A stretch of 60,703 nt of DNA, filler included, from Sphacelaria rigidula (lineage: Eukaryota), in NCBI GenBank assembly GCA_964200075.2. It is 5 parts of 5 records of this genome, joined end to end, with 100 filler letters (N's around TTAATTAATTAA, not from the genome) between each part and the next. Parts side by side here need not be neighbours in the genome. Positions count along the whole stretch, not along the records: positions 36,486 to 48,544 come from CAXNAA020004173.1; positions 48,645 to 60,703 come from CAXNAA020004174.1; 3 more parts are not named here. The stretch is one strand, 5' to 3'. Positions within the stretch are counted from its first letter, which is position 1; the number at the start of each line of letters is the position of its first letter. The translations under genes and the position numbers were made by a program. Below are positions 36,486-50,282 of this stretch, in pieces. Under the pieces are notes generated by a model, which did no database searches, had not been told where the DNA came from, and saw only the letters and a program-made list of their open reading frames with translations.

Positions 36486-38977
36486 GATTGACCGCTTTTC
36501 ACTCTCAATCGTATCATCTACTCTCAATCTCACGAAAATACTGTTAAAGGTCTTGTGGCTTTCAAGCGTTTCGCCTGTGGCCCGTCGTCTGAAAATCGCA
36601 ACATCGATTGTTGCATGCCGCAGAAGATGATGGCTGTTGAAAATTCATGGAGTGCACGAAGTCATCTTGCCTACACAGAAAACATCGGCGGAGAAGCAAC
36701 GAGTGGCGGGAGATCCTCATTGGATTCTCATTGTGAGCCGAGAAAAGCAGTCAAAGGTCAGGGATCGAGGGGTGACCCATGTCAGTAAAATGATACCACT
36801 TTTTTCTCCTTCCTATTTTCACTTACAGAGACCCAACATTTCATAGGAGTTCGGGAACACAACTTTGACCCAGTTCGTTCCCATGAATATCTCGTTCCCA
36901 TTTTTCAGGATCTCCTGTTAAAGGTCGGTTCTGCAGGCAACTACGAGCTAGGGTAGCCGACAATGGGTAGTTTTCTCGCTCAGGCGACGCACTGCGTAAA
37001 ATTAGGAGTTGGACGCTGAAATTTTGACAGCACAGGGATATATATATATATGCTTACATCGGGTTCATTCGGGAAACTGGGAAAGCTGTAGTGTGGACAA
37101 CGTTTGGCCGCTTTTAAGCTGGTCCAGTTTGTAATTCGATTGGCGGGGGGATCCTGAAGGTGTGGATGCAGGAGATGGATCAGATGTTCACGGGTGGTCG
37201 CTGGTACCCGTTATGTACATTTCATAGCGCACCCAGGAGTTATGATCAAGTTACAACACGTGTGTACAGCTTGAATCGGGTTGCACCGTGGACACCCTGA
37301 GACGTGGACGGGTTCCAAATAGTTTTCAAGAGACGAAATCATGCTGACAGCGCGGGTGTTTACAACCCGATTCACATTTTGCGCACGTTGTTCAATTCAT
37401 CCATGCGACCACCATAATATCGTCGAGACGCCATTAATAACGTGGATCAGCGGCCACCCGCAAGCAGGGAATAGACAGGGTCATGCAGCGTGATGCATCG
37501 ACCGCGCGAGCGGAGCGGAAGGAAATGAAAGCTCGTATATCGCGAGTTTGCAAAATTTCTTCGCCATATAGCCTCTTCAGGCAACTTACAGTGTTGAACA
37601 AACGAGGACAACGAAACCCAGGCAAATACTTGGAAAATCCCCCGAAACCACACCAAACAGTGGTAGGTGTCTGTACCCCGACAACAGCCTCCCGTCAAAA
37701 TCTAGCGATGACTGCAATACCCGCAAGCCAGATAACACAATCTTTGTAGCACCAGCGAAAAAGGCAAATTAGTCAATACATGTAAGACCCCCATCCGCAA
37801 CCGTCTCACGCACACGCAGGACAAACGACTTCCGGTCGTCACCTTGCGGCGGTGCTTCACACAGGACAAGCATCAAGTGGTCTCGCTGATGATCAAACTT
37901 GATCGCCGCACCAGCAAAAAAAACTTCACCGCCACACACGAAGAATTTCTTCGAGAGCAAGAGGACGCAAGAGCACGCAAGAGCACCCAAAGCAAGTGCT
38001 TGCTTCACCAAAACTCGTAGCCTCTACACTTTCTCTACCAGAAAATGCTTTGAGTGGACACAACAATGTAGCCGCACCGTTCGAATTCCCAAGTCAGAAA
38101 ATTCCTATATTCGTGTTCATGTCGCTCTCGTTCTGAGTCAGAACCCAGCACAAGATTCTCACCATGTGCTGTGAAATATTTCGAATTTCGAAGGGCCGGA
38201 CGAATAATGATTCGTCTGAAAATCACTTGCTTTTAGTGTCATTGATCCGTACGGTACGAATCAATAAATCCTTGGGGTTTGTTTTCAGTGTTGCACACCA
38301 GGTACCCTCACCCTCAGGCACGTGGAAACGCGCAACATTTGCGTAGACTTATTTGACTCGCGGTCGATGTTTTGGGTCTTCCGAGCGATCAGGCCGCAGA
38401 AACTGTAGGTTTGATGATTCCAACCAGCGATGATCCGACCGACCCTTGAGATATTCGACTCGACACTGACACCAATATTCCCAAAGGGTGAAGTCAACGT
38501 CCAGCGGGAGAAACACTGAAATTTTCCTTGACAGACGGGCAACACGCCCTCCTGCCAGACGGACAAAGCCTCTCTCATTTATGATCCAGACAAACAGTAG
38601 CTGATGCATCGGCAGTCCCTCAAGGAAAGCGAACTGACTGCTTCTACGTGCATTTCAAGAACAAAAACGTGAGAAAAAAAATCCAAATTGAAATAAAAAT
38701 GTGAAAAAAACAGGTTTCACTTAACGTGTTCGCCCACTGACACAGCTTGCCAACCAATTCTACCTGTGAAAACCCTCAAAAATCCACAAGACTCCCCCCC
38801 CCCTTCCCTGCTAATATGGAACTTTTCAATTGTCCCAGTTCGGGCATCCACATACCTAAACGATTTGCCCTAGTTACCACAGCAATAAATGAATGAAACC
38901 CGATAAAGCAAAAAAGAAAAGTAAAAATACGCAGGAAAACAATTTCCAAAAAGGTTGGTATGTATCCAGTCCTGTTG

Positions 38978-41900
38978 TTAGTCAAGTTTGGCTACCGCAA
39001 CCGCAGTCGACACGTCATGGTACAACGTCTGCGCATCGTCATCTTCCATACTCTCGCAGCTGATGAACACGTCTTGGTAAGGCTTTTGCTGCGGCAGCCC
39101 TCCCTCCGAATCGACATCCGAATCCAAAAACTTCCCCGCCGCCCTTGTGGTCGGCGGTGATGCAGTAGTGCTGGGGGAAATGCACTGGGATGAGATCCAG
39201 TGTACCCATTGTTGAAGGCTAGTGCGACTGTCGGGTAGAGGTCGGCGGTGTGGCGGGAGGAGAGAAGGAGTAAGGGGAAGGGCGGGGGTCAACCATATGT
39301 ATTATGATTTACTCCATGCTTGGTGGCGTGGACGTAACATTTGGCTTCATGTCTGCGGGCCTTTTGGAGCAAGCTTGCTACAGAGAGTGCACAGACAGCA
39401 ATACCCATCATGCTATATGACGTGGTGCTTGAATGTAACATCTGGCTTGATGTCTGCAGATCTTTCGCCGCGAACTCATTACAGACAGCTAGCTCACAAG
39501 ATAGCAAAAACATGACACTATACGGTAAGATACAAACGTGCAATTCAAACAGCACAGCGCAGTAAATACATCGGTAGCCTGATTTCTGTATACATCCGAA
39601 ATAAAAAGATGGCGTGACTTCATCGACAATCTGCGCCAGGGAGACGAGAAGCCCTGTGTAACTCGGGTGTATCTTCCTACCCGCTTGAAGTTGGAGGTGT
39701 CTCTATCAGGAGTAGGAACTATGGCAGGCATGATCATGAGTATACCCCCCCCCCCCCCTCCCACCAACTTGCTTGGGATTCTCCTTCACCAGTGGTTAGG
39801 TGAATAAAATGACGCATAATCTATACGGGATGGGGTGCACGAGTAATAAAAGGGGAGAAACAAAACAAAACAGAGACTGCTATCGAAAATTAACGCAGAT
39901 GTTTCAGAACCCAGGCGAATTAGTCAAGGTTACACGCAACGTACCTAAAATCATTCGAGGGCGATGGGGATCGGGATGAGCGTAGACTCGGGGTCGTTTT
40001 TTGAAAAGTAGAAAAAAACAGAGTGACTATGCTGCGGCAAGGATATGCTCAATGATAGACACTAGGGCACTCAGCGGCTTTCAAGCAAGAATGGGTATAT
40101 AGTGACATAATATCTTGACTAATAGGGTGAGTGAATAATGCTAGTACAGCCTGCGTGCCGCCTCACTGTAGCTGGCACAGGTAAGGAACACTTGGAGTTT
40201 TTTTGTGCTAGATTCGAGCACATCGTAGCTCTTCCGACAGTCTCAAAGAAACACGCTTCTGAAGCATACAGACACTGTGAAAACCCGTGCTCCACACACA
40301 GCACACAGGCGTCGTTCTTGTACTACAATCTCCGCATTCCAACAAATTCAACATAACTAACCATCAAACTAATGGACCAGACAAACGAATGAGCGCAAAA
40401 AACATTTGGGAAAGCTTCGGAATAATCTCGTGTCAGCACCTCGAAGACTTCGACAGTTCAAGCACCCGGCAGTCGTACAGCGGCGTATACACACCGTCAA
40501 CAGTGAAACGGAAGCGCTCAGCGACCGCATTGCCTCTTCACATCAATCCCATAACTCAGACCTGCGGTCTATGGTCGTTCCTCGAAGGTGTTGGATCAAG
40601 TGCCGAACAATACGGTGATCTAAACTTATGACAACAGATCGGCATGAGCACCAGGAAATTTGTGTCAGGTGGCCGACACAGCATTGCAGGGGCGTAGCCT
40701 GAGCTGTCTTTATACCGCAGTGGAGAACCATGTTCTCACGTGTCTGCTTGTAGTGTCATCTCGTCGAGTGTCGTCTCCTTCAGAACAGAGCTCAGCTTAG
40801 CGCTGGCCTCGACAACTGGCAAGCTTCCCGGATCTCGATGCTTGGATTCCCCCGGCGATGGAGCCCTGCGATTAGAAGCCATTGAACATTGTGCACAGAA
40901 TTTTGTTACTCGATGCAACGGTCGTGCCTGGGTTTTGCTCGAGACACACGAGACGTCGCCTGTCATAAAGAAATCCTCGGTATTCTACAATGCGCGGGAG
41001 TCAAGTCGCGCACGAAAAAATTGTACGTCTTGAAGGGGCCGCCTGCCCTGGATTCACGCAGGATAGCCAAGGGGGTCCACCGATTGTATTCGTTTTTACA
41101 GCTCTTTCGAGACACTCCTGAACATACGCCACCTGGTTGTCCAAATACGGTTGTCGTTACCATACACATGTTATTTAGTCATACATGTACGTTGGCCTGG
41201 CCACCTCTACCATTGTTCTGCTCTATCCAGACCGTCCGCAGCTGCCTGTACCTACCCCATCCTGCTTACCTGTACCCCTTTCGGGTTTGCCCGTCCCTAC
41301 TGTGGCTGTACTATTATACTTGACGCACATTACAACGGTTTGGTACTGTAGCGACCAACAATGGGGTGCAACAACCCCCAAAACGCCCGCGATTGTACCC
41401 CAACAAACAGGTAACTGTAGACACCTTTAACGCGCACACAGCCACACTCACTGAAATATGACAAAAACACACTGGAATATGACACACCGGAGTATGATAC
41501 ACACAAACACACCTGGTCATCTTTAGACAGTTTTCGTTGCCGTCCACTTTCCCGGTGCGAACCTGTATCCTGGCCAGAGGAAGCACGGTCGTCAACGAAA
41601 ACGGCTGCCCAGCCGAAGGTGACCCTGGCGTTCTCGCACCGCCTCCCCCTCCGTAAGCCGAGAACTTGGAGCCGCCCTCCGACCCAGCATCCTGCAGCAT
41701 GTATAGTACACGAAGGGTCAAATGGCGGGCGGAGGAGAGGGTGGGGAGGGGGCGGCAGGGTGCTCCATATATTTTGGTACGCCTTCGGTGTCTCGCCATC
41801 GGTCAAGCATATTTGAGGGGACGGAGTGGGTGAGGGTGGACTCATCACGTATTGCTGTCCTTGCGGTGCCCCTTGTTCCATCTTTGGAACTCGTCGAGAG

Positions 41901-44900
41901 GCCGGGGGCGAGGGAGCAGCGCAGTAGCGCTGCATACCTTAGATACCAAGTCGTCGGCTATGCGTTCTGGAGGGGGAAAAGGCGTTGCCCCACGTGGTCC
42001 ACGATAATAGCGGCAGCATCATCAAAATGAGGCAACTCGCGTCTCGAGTCGAGTAAAACAAATGGGGGCGCATGAGCTGCCCAGTGTCACATGTGAAGCG
42101 GGTGATGCCAGCGTATGCCTTGGGCTATACTCTGCTGACGGCATGTATTCGTGGCATGCTTGATCTCATCGTCGACCCGGGCTCAAAAGATGAAGACAAA
42201 GGACGACCCCCTAGGTATCTGCAATGGTCCACACGAATTACCTGTCGTCACCGTGCTGCACCTCTGCGACAATCTCCTGTAGAATGCCCGCCCCCCGTCC
42301 TTCCATTTGTTTCTGGAAGAGCGTATCCACCGTGTTCACAAGGTGTCAAAGGCGGCAACTAACCGACACAGAATCAAACCCCGCTGAAGTGCTACATTAT
42401 GGTCAAAATTCACAAATAAATACACCTTTCGACCTCGTGTTCGTGACACGAATACAATGACCACTCAAGATGAGCAATGCTACGGCAGGGGTGCACTCTT
42501 TTCGCGAATTTTTGTCTTGTTCAGCGGCTCCCAACGATTCTAGACGCACAAGAATATGGGTCAGGGCATCTATCTCCGTTTGCAGATTTATTCGGGATAT
42601 CCCCAGCATATCGGAACAGTAATCATGGCGTACTCTCGTACATTTTCATAAGTCGTGTTTTTTGGATGAGACAAAGGGCTCCTAACAATTCTAACCTCAG
42701 AAAATATTTGTGTACCCCTACCGCAGCATCACTCAGATCCCAGAAATGCGTGGGCCGTGTAAGGACGGTTCAATTATCATCACACAATAACACAATGGCA
42801 TCAACTGATCGCGTTACCTTCCGTGCGCTGTACTCGTATAAAATGCCGTTTGCCACCGCGTACCAGTGCCGAGACATCTTGGTCAGCAGGCCAATCTCCT
42901 ACGTTGGATCATTCCCCGGTCATTCCCCACCACGCATACACAAATATCGAGATAGAGAAACAGGAAACGGCAGCATGCGAGCAGGAAGGGGGGGGGAGAG
43001 GGGGGGGGTTGAGCACAAATTAGAATGCGATATGGATGACAAACTGGTTTGCGCCAGGTGAACGCAGCAAACATAGTTTGAAAGGCTGGTCCAGCTCTTT
43101 TTAATCGATGGGCAGGTTGCACCTCTAATCCTTGGTGCAACTAACATCATTTCGGTTTCAGGTCTCCACTGTACTTGCTGCCAGCCTGGTTCTGAAGAGG
43201 CCGCAAAAAAAAAAAACCTTGCATCACCTTCAACACCATGCGGTCGAGAGCATGCACATCGCGATATGGCGTCCACCCGGCCATTCAACACAGCAATCGA
43301 CATGATGAGAGGGGAGGCTTCGAAGGAGGTGATACCGGCGTGCGAACGAAATCAACGGAATACTCTGAATACTGTATGAGGACCATTGTTCGATCCCTAA
43401 TGAGAATAGGTTACCATTCTCCACTACGCCGATTCAACCCCATCTTCCGCGGAAAACAGACAACCACGGTTTAACTGCTCTTGTTTTATTTCATTGATGT
43501 TGCCGATTTTCGGCTCTACGTTGACCAACCTTTCAGACAAAGCGTCGGCTGATCAGACACCATCCGCCACCGTGGGCTCCCAAAGTGGTTTCCCCAAAAG
43601 TTTCGTTATTTGTCTTTTGAAAAGCCAAGTCAACCCCAAGAGGACTGCATACCACGAGTTGCGAAGCCAACGGCTAACCGGCAACTGCGATCCAGCCTGG
43701 CGCTCGACACTTTATCGACCACAAATGAAGGCGTCAAACAGTGCCTCAGGGGCTGTGCGCCTTGTGTTGCTCATCCAGAATCCCTCTATGTACCCCTCAT
43801 CAGAGTAACCAACACAGTCATGAAAAAAATTCTTCCCAGGGAACGTTGTAGCAAGATACAGGCGTTACAAAACGACCGAATAAATAGCATTGAACAGCGG
43901 AATGACCTCTCAAAAACCGTCTTCTTACAATCCTTATCGACCTGGATCCCTAAATAACTCTTATTTATTTCTATATGTATTATTACTTTTATTTGTCGCA
44001 CTTTGAACCCCTCCCCTTCCTCGGGATGAGTCTGCGATCTCAAGGAAATCACCCCATCTCTCCCCCGGTACACGCCTTGCATTTTGGTCTCGCGGGTTGG
44101 ATCATGACCAACACTCCCGCATCGCGTCAACTCACGTCACACAAACTCAGTCGACCACGAACTCACGGAATGTTATTCGGTAATTCTGTGTTCTGCTTCG
44201 CTATACGGCGCAAAGATACGAACCTCGATCCGCGTGAGAAAGCCCTGGATGCAGACCGAGTACTTATGCGGGCGAACCAAGTGTATCTGAGCAAACTCCG
44301 GTCCGAGCGTGCGATGAAGGCAGGCCAACACCGCAAGCTCGCTCATCGTATCTGGGTCACAAACCACAGTTTGGTCAGCGCTCACCCCTCCCCCTTGCCG
44401 CGTGTACGAAAAGAGAGGCAGCTCCTGCACCATGCACGAGATGCACACGGGTAGGGGTGGGGGGGGGCGGACATATCAATGGTATTCTCGTTTTTCGTAC
44501 ACGATGAACAACGGAAAAAATTGGGACGGAACGTAGCACATGGAAATCCAAACTTAGCCTGGTTACTTCGGATATATCTCGTCCGACTAAACATGCGTGA
44601 AAAATTGGATTTCGAGTGCGCTGTTTCTGTTCTCGCCAAACACCAACCGTAAGCTCTTTTCGTGGTTGGGGTCGGGATGCATCCGACTTCGAGCTGGGTC
44701 AGCAGTAAATCCCGCGTTCGCTTTCCACACCACAACTTCTCAAGCTTTCCAAATCAGCGCGACTTGAGCATGTCACCGTGAAGTGCAAACCAACCTGGTA
44801 ACACAAGGCCCCGCCGCTGAATGAATAAAATAAAATAAAATCAACGAAAATATTCGAACTCATGGCCTCCATAATTACAGTCTCCTGTGTCACCTGAATT

Positions 44901-46882
44901 AAAACTGCGATGCCGCGCCCGATTCGAGGGATTTTTGGCCGCGACTTTACCAGAATGTCGTTGACGCGAGTGCCCGTATGTGTTGGAGCGTTGCCGTCGT
45001 TATAATAATTTTTAAAAAAAGTTTTAGCATTTTTCCTGTTTTTGCTGAAACTTCAACTTGCTCCAACTTCCTGTTTTTTATGTTTTTTGTTTTTTTCCCT
45101 CTGCAACCCCAATAGGGTTGCGCGGGTTGATAATTAAAAGGTCGTGTCAAAATTTCAGCGCCCAACTCTTCGAGTTACCTGTGGCATCTCCACTCTTCGT
45201 TCAAAAATCACTGTCAGCTGGCCCAGCTCGTACATATGTGTGACATTGGATTTCAAGTGTGTTGTATCTGCACGCCAAACACCAACCGTCAGCTCTTTCG
45301 TGATTGGGATCAGGACGAACCGAGTGAGGAAATGGTGGGTGGGACTGGTGAGGCTACATGGAGAAGTCCAGATGATGAAAAATGATTGTAACAAGGGATA
45401 TACCTAACGGCCCCCGACCGCCACCTGTCTGGGCTTGGTTGTGTCGGGGTAGGCTAACTCCGTCGACAACACAGCTAGTAAGTAAGGGAGGGTGAGTTGA
45501 CCTACTGGCTTGTCTGCATGTCGTGTCAGTGGCAACACAACATACAGTCTAGGCAGTGGGCTATGTCGGCGGTGCCAACATCGAGGCTCAATGCCGCAGC
45601 TGCGGAGTTTTACCCTAGAACGGGAACCAAACTGAACTCNNNNNNNNNNGACACTTTCACGGAAAGCACGTTGATGGAGATGGGGCACGTGTGAGTAAGT
45701 ATCAGATTCGGCGGACTGGAGACAGCGGCCGACGCGGGATGGGAAGGCTGCACCCTTCCCGCGAGACCAACAAGCAAGCCAAGTACAGTGATAGACGTGC
45801 CGAAGCAACACCGTCCTTAGTCGGTGGCTCCGCGGTGCCCACTGGTGTGTGTCTGTATTGACTCTGCTGCCATGAATCCCCTAGACCCTTTCTTTTTCTT
45901 TTCTCCTTTTCTTTTTTCCTTTTCTTTTCTCTTCTTTTCTTTTCTTTTTCCCATCGTTTCGTTTCTTTCTTTTTCCCATCGTTTCATTGTTTTTAATTTA
46001 ATTTAATTTTATTTTATTTGCTTTGTACTTTCCTCTTGTTTTCCTTTTTCTTGCTTTGCTTGTGTTGACCTTTTATTACTTTTCTTTGTCACGACTTAGT
46101 CTGATATGTCGTTCTGTTCGACCACTCTCTTTTTTTCTTTTTCTGTTCCTATTTTTTTCTGTTTCTGTTCCTTTTTTGTTTTTTTTGTGAGAGCGTGATT
46201 GAGTTTCGTATTTCTTGGGTACGTCTATCACGAGACCACGGCTGGACTCCCGGGGGGTTAGTTAAAGTGCGACAATCAATCAAATCAGGAATCAACCAAG
46301 GGATACCGCTATCGCCGACACACAACAATAAACGTCCTTGACCTCTCACCTGGTGATCTGTGGAAAATCGCACGGGTGATGCTAGCGCAACCTTCACACC
46401 CTCTGGCTCCAACGTCAAGTGCCGCACACACGATAGGGGCGCGCCCCACAGCACTCGAACCCCGCCTAGTTCTGGTGACCACGGAGAGAACTGAACCCCG
46501 AACCTGTTTTATTTACAATGTATGGGAATGGAGAATGGCACATTTTGCCCGCAGGTGATTCAGCCTTCCGAAAACGTCCCTACTTCGTTCTCAAGGGAGT
46601 AGTAATTGGCTTTCCCCGTACGTCAGCGCGATAAACTCATTCAGGATATCATCTGGTTCTTCTGCGTTCATGTCAGGACGTGAAAAATTGAAGGAAATAA
46701 CATTTTGGAGGATTAATAGTGCAGCGAGCTGAAAGCAAACAATTTGTTTTTAATAGAAATAGAACATGGGGCATCCCATCGAACAATGCGACGCCTTACA
46801 TAAATCACGAACACAAATGTATATTGTGCGAGCTCAACCATTCAGGTAAGGGGGACACCAGGCGAAAGACATTATTGTCATA

Positions 46883-46913
<31 letters not shown>

Positions 46914-47924
46914 ATGATGATTCTTCGTTACTTTCAACACTCATTCCTACTTTTTCGATCACCTTGTGAGGTCAAGCGCGGAGATTTTCTCCTTATCATA
47001 ACCCCACTCCTGCTCCTCCTGTGCGTGCAGCACCCGCTTATCAGTCACAATCACCCAACGACACACGAAGGCCTCATCAGGAGACGAGCTGGAGTCAACC
47101 CCTCCAAGGGGTGAAGCCGGGCCCGACCCCGGCCACATTCCACGACGCTCGGCACCAGGACGGACGGATCCTCGTGCCCGGCGACTGCCGCCACGTTGGA
47201 GGCCCCGCCCCCCGCCAGGTGGATTTCCTGTGGTATTTAGTCCCCCAGCTGCAGTGTTTCAGACGGCGGGGGATGGGTCGGGGGTGGGGAGGTGGGGGGG
47301 GTGGAGGCGTACTCATTTGTTGCCTGCCTTAGTCCTTCGACCATTGACCACGCATCCCTTTGGAGACGGAGTTCCGTTGCTACTACTGCTGCAGGGGAGT
47401 GGGGGGTGGGGGACAGCATGCATGTCGGCATTTAAAACAAATACCATCAAATTTCACATGTAGCATCATGTCTTGTGGCCTTGGAGCGTGTGTCAGTACC
47501 CAAACCATGGCTGAGCAGTGGCACCCGCTCCCCGTTCTGCTCATACGACCAATTATTGTCATAGATAACACGTGGTGCTGCATCACACGGAAAGGCCTGA
47601 CCACGAGACACGGAATGCGCCTGTCTCTGGGTAACGCAGTTACCGCCACATAGGTTCCCCCCTCCCCACACCCCCTCGTGTGCCTCAGCGGGTGGGTATT
47701 TTGAGCACAACCGGCAGGTGGGGGTGACCGCACGGTCGTCCGTAAACAGGTGATACTTGTCACAAAAGTACTCTTCGGCCTCCCATACCGGCACGGACGA
47801 CTGTCTCAATCGCTGACCTGCCATGCTGCTGCTCGTCCCTCGCAGCACCGACGCCGGGGTAGCCTGCACCATGAGCCCGCGCAAGTGCCTCGTGCGGAGC
47901 CCGATCTTTCGGAAGAAGCACACG
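38978..47924 (-). CDS. Probable PH-like domain protein, 3' part. Candidate exons 47924-47818, 47227-~46963, 41691-41513, 39170-38978 (stop)
   Basis: The 47818/47227 and 41513/39170 junctions are phase-consistent. The peptides CFFRKIGLRTRHLR, RWVIVTDKRVLHAQ, TVLPLARIQV, NCLKMT and VFISCES...AQTLYHDVSTAV follow the order of PH-domain strands and the C-terminal helix. The junction between exons 2 and 3 is unresolved and may hide an exon. Confidence 0.55.
40100..41150 (-). mobile_element. Old copia RT/RNase H relic in an intron
   Basis: Decayed motifs in copia order: MTGDVSCV, VEASAKLS...LDE, LQCCVGHLTQISWCS (cf. YQSxVGSLxY), RHLIQHLRGTT. Confidence 0.5.
45880..46292 (+). mobile_element. Retroelement 3' end (same family as 676-913)
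   Basis: T-rich body followed by GAGACCACGGCTGGACTCCCGGGGGGTTAGTTAAAGTGCGACAATCAATC. Confidence 0.7.
47308..47385 (-). mobile_element. 5'-truncated LINE subfamily A stub in a C-rich tract
   Basis: Reverse complement matches CCGTCTC.AAAGGGATGCGTGGTCAATGGTC...GCAACAAATGAGTACG. C-rich tracts lie on both sides on the minus strand. Confidence 0.75.
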
Positions 47925-48427
47925 CTGTCAGGGGTGGTAGCAGGGGGAGGTCGAGGTGTGGTCGATACAGAGAGCTCATATATTTGTGTTTGAAGTTGTC
48001 GTACTATGTCTGGAGTCTCTTGTTCTGACGTGGTATGCTGCGCTTCACAGTAGCTGAGCTGCGGCTTGCCAACCGGTCAACATCGTATAAAGATTGATGA
48101 TCCTTTATCCGGCTCTGCTTTTTTTGCAGGGGCAGATGTGAAGCTAGCAGGTGGTCCAAACGCAGCAGAGGGCAAACACGAACACAACGATGCATTCCCC
48201 TCTCCCCCCCACCCGCCCCACCCCCCAACCAATCACCAACGGCAGCGTACACAAAACATGCAGAGCACAACACACGAACGGCGGGACCAACATCACTGAC
48301 GCACAAAATCAATTTTGGGCGAAAAAATAAATCCGACGACACGTTGTACTCAGCACAACTAAGAAATATGTCAACGCCCTCACAAGAGCTCAGATCAATT
48401 GAAGAAGATACGCGTGCGTAGGATGAG

Positions 48428-48428
48428 A

Positions 48429-48515
<87 letters not shown>

Positions 48516-48544
48516 AAACAAAACACAACACAAACACAAACAAA
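48428..48544. repeat. (CAACGA)n/(CAA)n microsatellite at contig end
   Basis: Read directly from the sequence. Confidence 0.9.
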
Positions 48545-48644
48545 NNNNNNNNNNNNNNNNNNNNNNNNNNNNNNNNNNNNNNNNNNNNTTAATTAATTAA
48601 NNNNNNNNNNNNNNNNNNNNNNNNNNNNNNNNNNNNNNNNNNNN
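48545..48644. other. Artificial contig-joining spacer
   Basis: N44-TTAATTAATTAA-N44. Confidence 0.97.
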
Positions 48645-50282
48645 CACTTGAAGCGAATGATCAAAGCCACTCTCAATCGTATCATCTACTCTCAATCTCA
48701 CGAAAACACTGTTTCTTTCACTTTTCACCAGCTTTCGGGAGTCCCGCGGGGTCCAAGGTCCCCGGGAACCCCCGGAAACCGGTGAATAATAAACAAATAA
48801 GAAAACCTCGTCCATCGAAAGTTACGTGGTGACCCGTAGCAAAATTGTGCACCCATTCAGGGTCTTGACTCATCGGAACGGCGAGAAGTTCCATGGATGA
48901 CTGTTTTTAGGGTGATGGGCGTGAACCAGCCTGTAGATCACGATTGAGAGTCAACTTTGAATCGGAAGACGGTTGTTCTCGGGTGTTCCATTAGTCTAGT
49001 GGACGAACTACTGACAAGTAATTAGGAACGATTCGTGTTCTTGCATTAAGAGTAAAAAGAAGGCGGATGAACATATCAACCATCGAAACATCTCTCATGA
49101 AAGCGCTGCTGAATGTTGGACAGGTTATGATTACACGTCGCACATAATGCCATCCACTCGACTATTGTTCTTCCGATTAACACATCGAGTGTGAGTGCAG
49201 GGTATTGACCCGTCACGATTCCGAAAAGGCGTATATCGGCGTTTGTTCCCATTCGAAATATACATCGAACGGCTAACTCGTCGGCATCTCAACTTTTTGA
49301 CCGCCACGGTTCGTAGTCAGTAATCAGGATCACGCAGTAACTTCTCACGTGAAGATGAGGCTGATTTCAGGTACGGCTAGAAAGCTCTCAATCGAATGCA
49401 ATGCTGTCAATCTTACGAAAATCTTGCTTTGCAGAGATGGGTCCCACGGCACTGCAGGCACACGACGATAGCAACATATCGCACTATGGTGCGGCCCCCA
49501 CACCGTAGACCACATTTTTTCTAGCCGCGCTCACTCGTACCCACTTCTTGAAACGGAAAATAATCGCGACATATCAACAACGGGTTTCGGGACCCAAGGA
49601 AAGCTGCCTTTCGAAGCGCAGTAGATGTACACCGAGGCGGGACCGCAAGGATGCCCAGCACGACATTCAACAGAGTGTTTCCACGCGTGGGTGCTGTTTT
49701 TTCTTCTTTAACTTGATGTCGCGTATTTTCAACGAGGGATACACGTATTCGCACTCCCGCCGGCTCATTTCGCCTCTTTCTAGACAAATACAGAACCTCG
49801 AGCCGGAAAAAAACTACATAGCGTCGTTGTTTCCAAACAAGGCACGGTTCCCCCACAGGCCTCATGCTCTACAACAGCAACTTCATCCAAACGTTGCCCC
49901 CGATTGTACCACAGACACGAAAAATCAAACACGGTGTGCATAACCTCCAGCAATATCCCACTTTCAGAAATGCATGCACATCAGTACTACACCGTCAAGC
50001 ACACTACACCTAAACAAGTCTACTAAAAACCGAGTACAGGCAGAACAACAAACCATAGAGTTGAAACACTGATGAGCAAAAAAAATGATTGCATTCGCTT
50101 CTTAGAGCGTGCAGCGCTTGCCTCTTCCCTCTAAAAGCTGCGATTGGTGAACCACGTCTTGCCCCATATCATATCCGAAGAACCACTTGCCACAGTAAAG
50201 ACACCGTCAGAAAAAAAAGAGGCTGCTGGCCGATATCATCTGATTCGGGTGCACTGGCACAGTCAACTCACATACCCTACAC

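Noticed and set aside
45155-45394. Exon of the PH-like gene (good donor CAG|GTAACT)
   Set aside because: It overlaps a locally duplicated repeat and has no supporting motif.
45640-45649. 10-N gap as another contig spacer
   Set aside because: It has no linker and is an ordinary intra-scaffold gap.
48004-48596. Poly-Q and poly-V ORFs
   Set aside because: They are translations of the (CAA)n microsatellite at a contig end.
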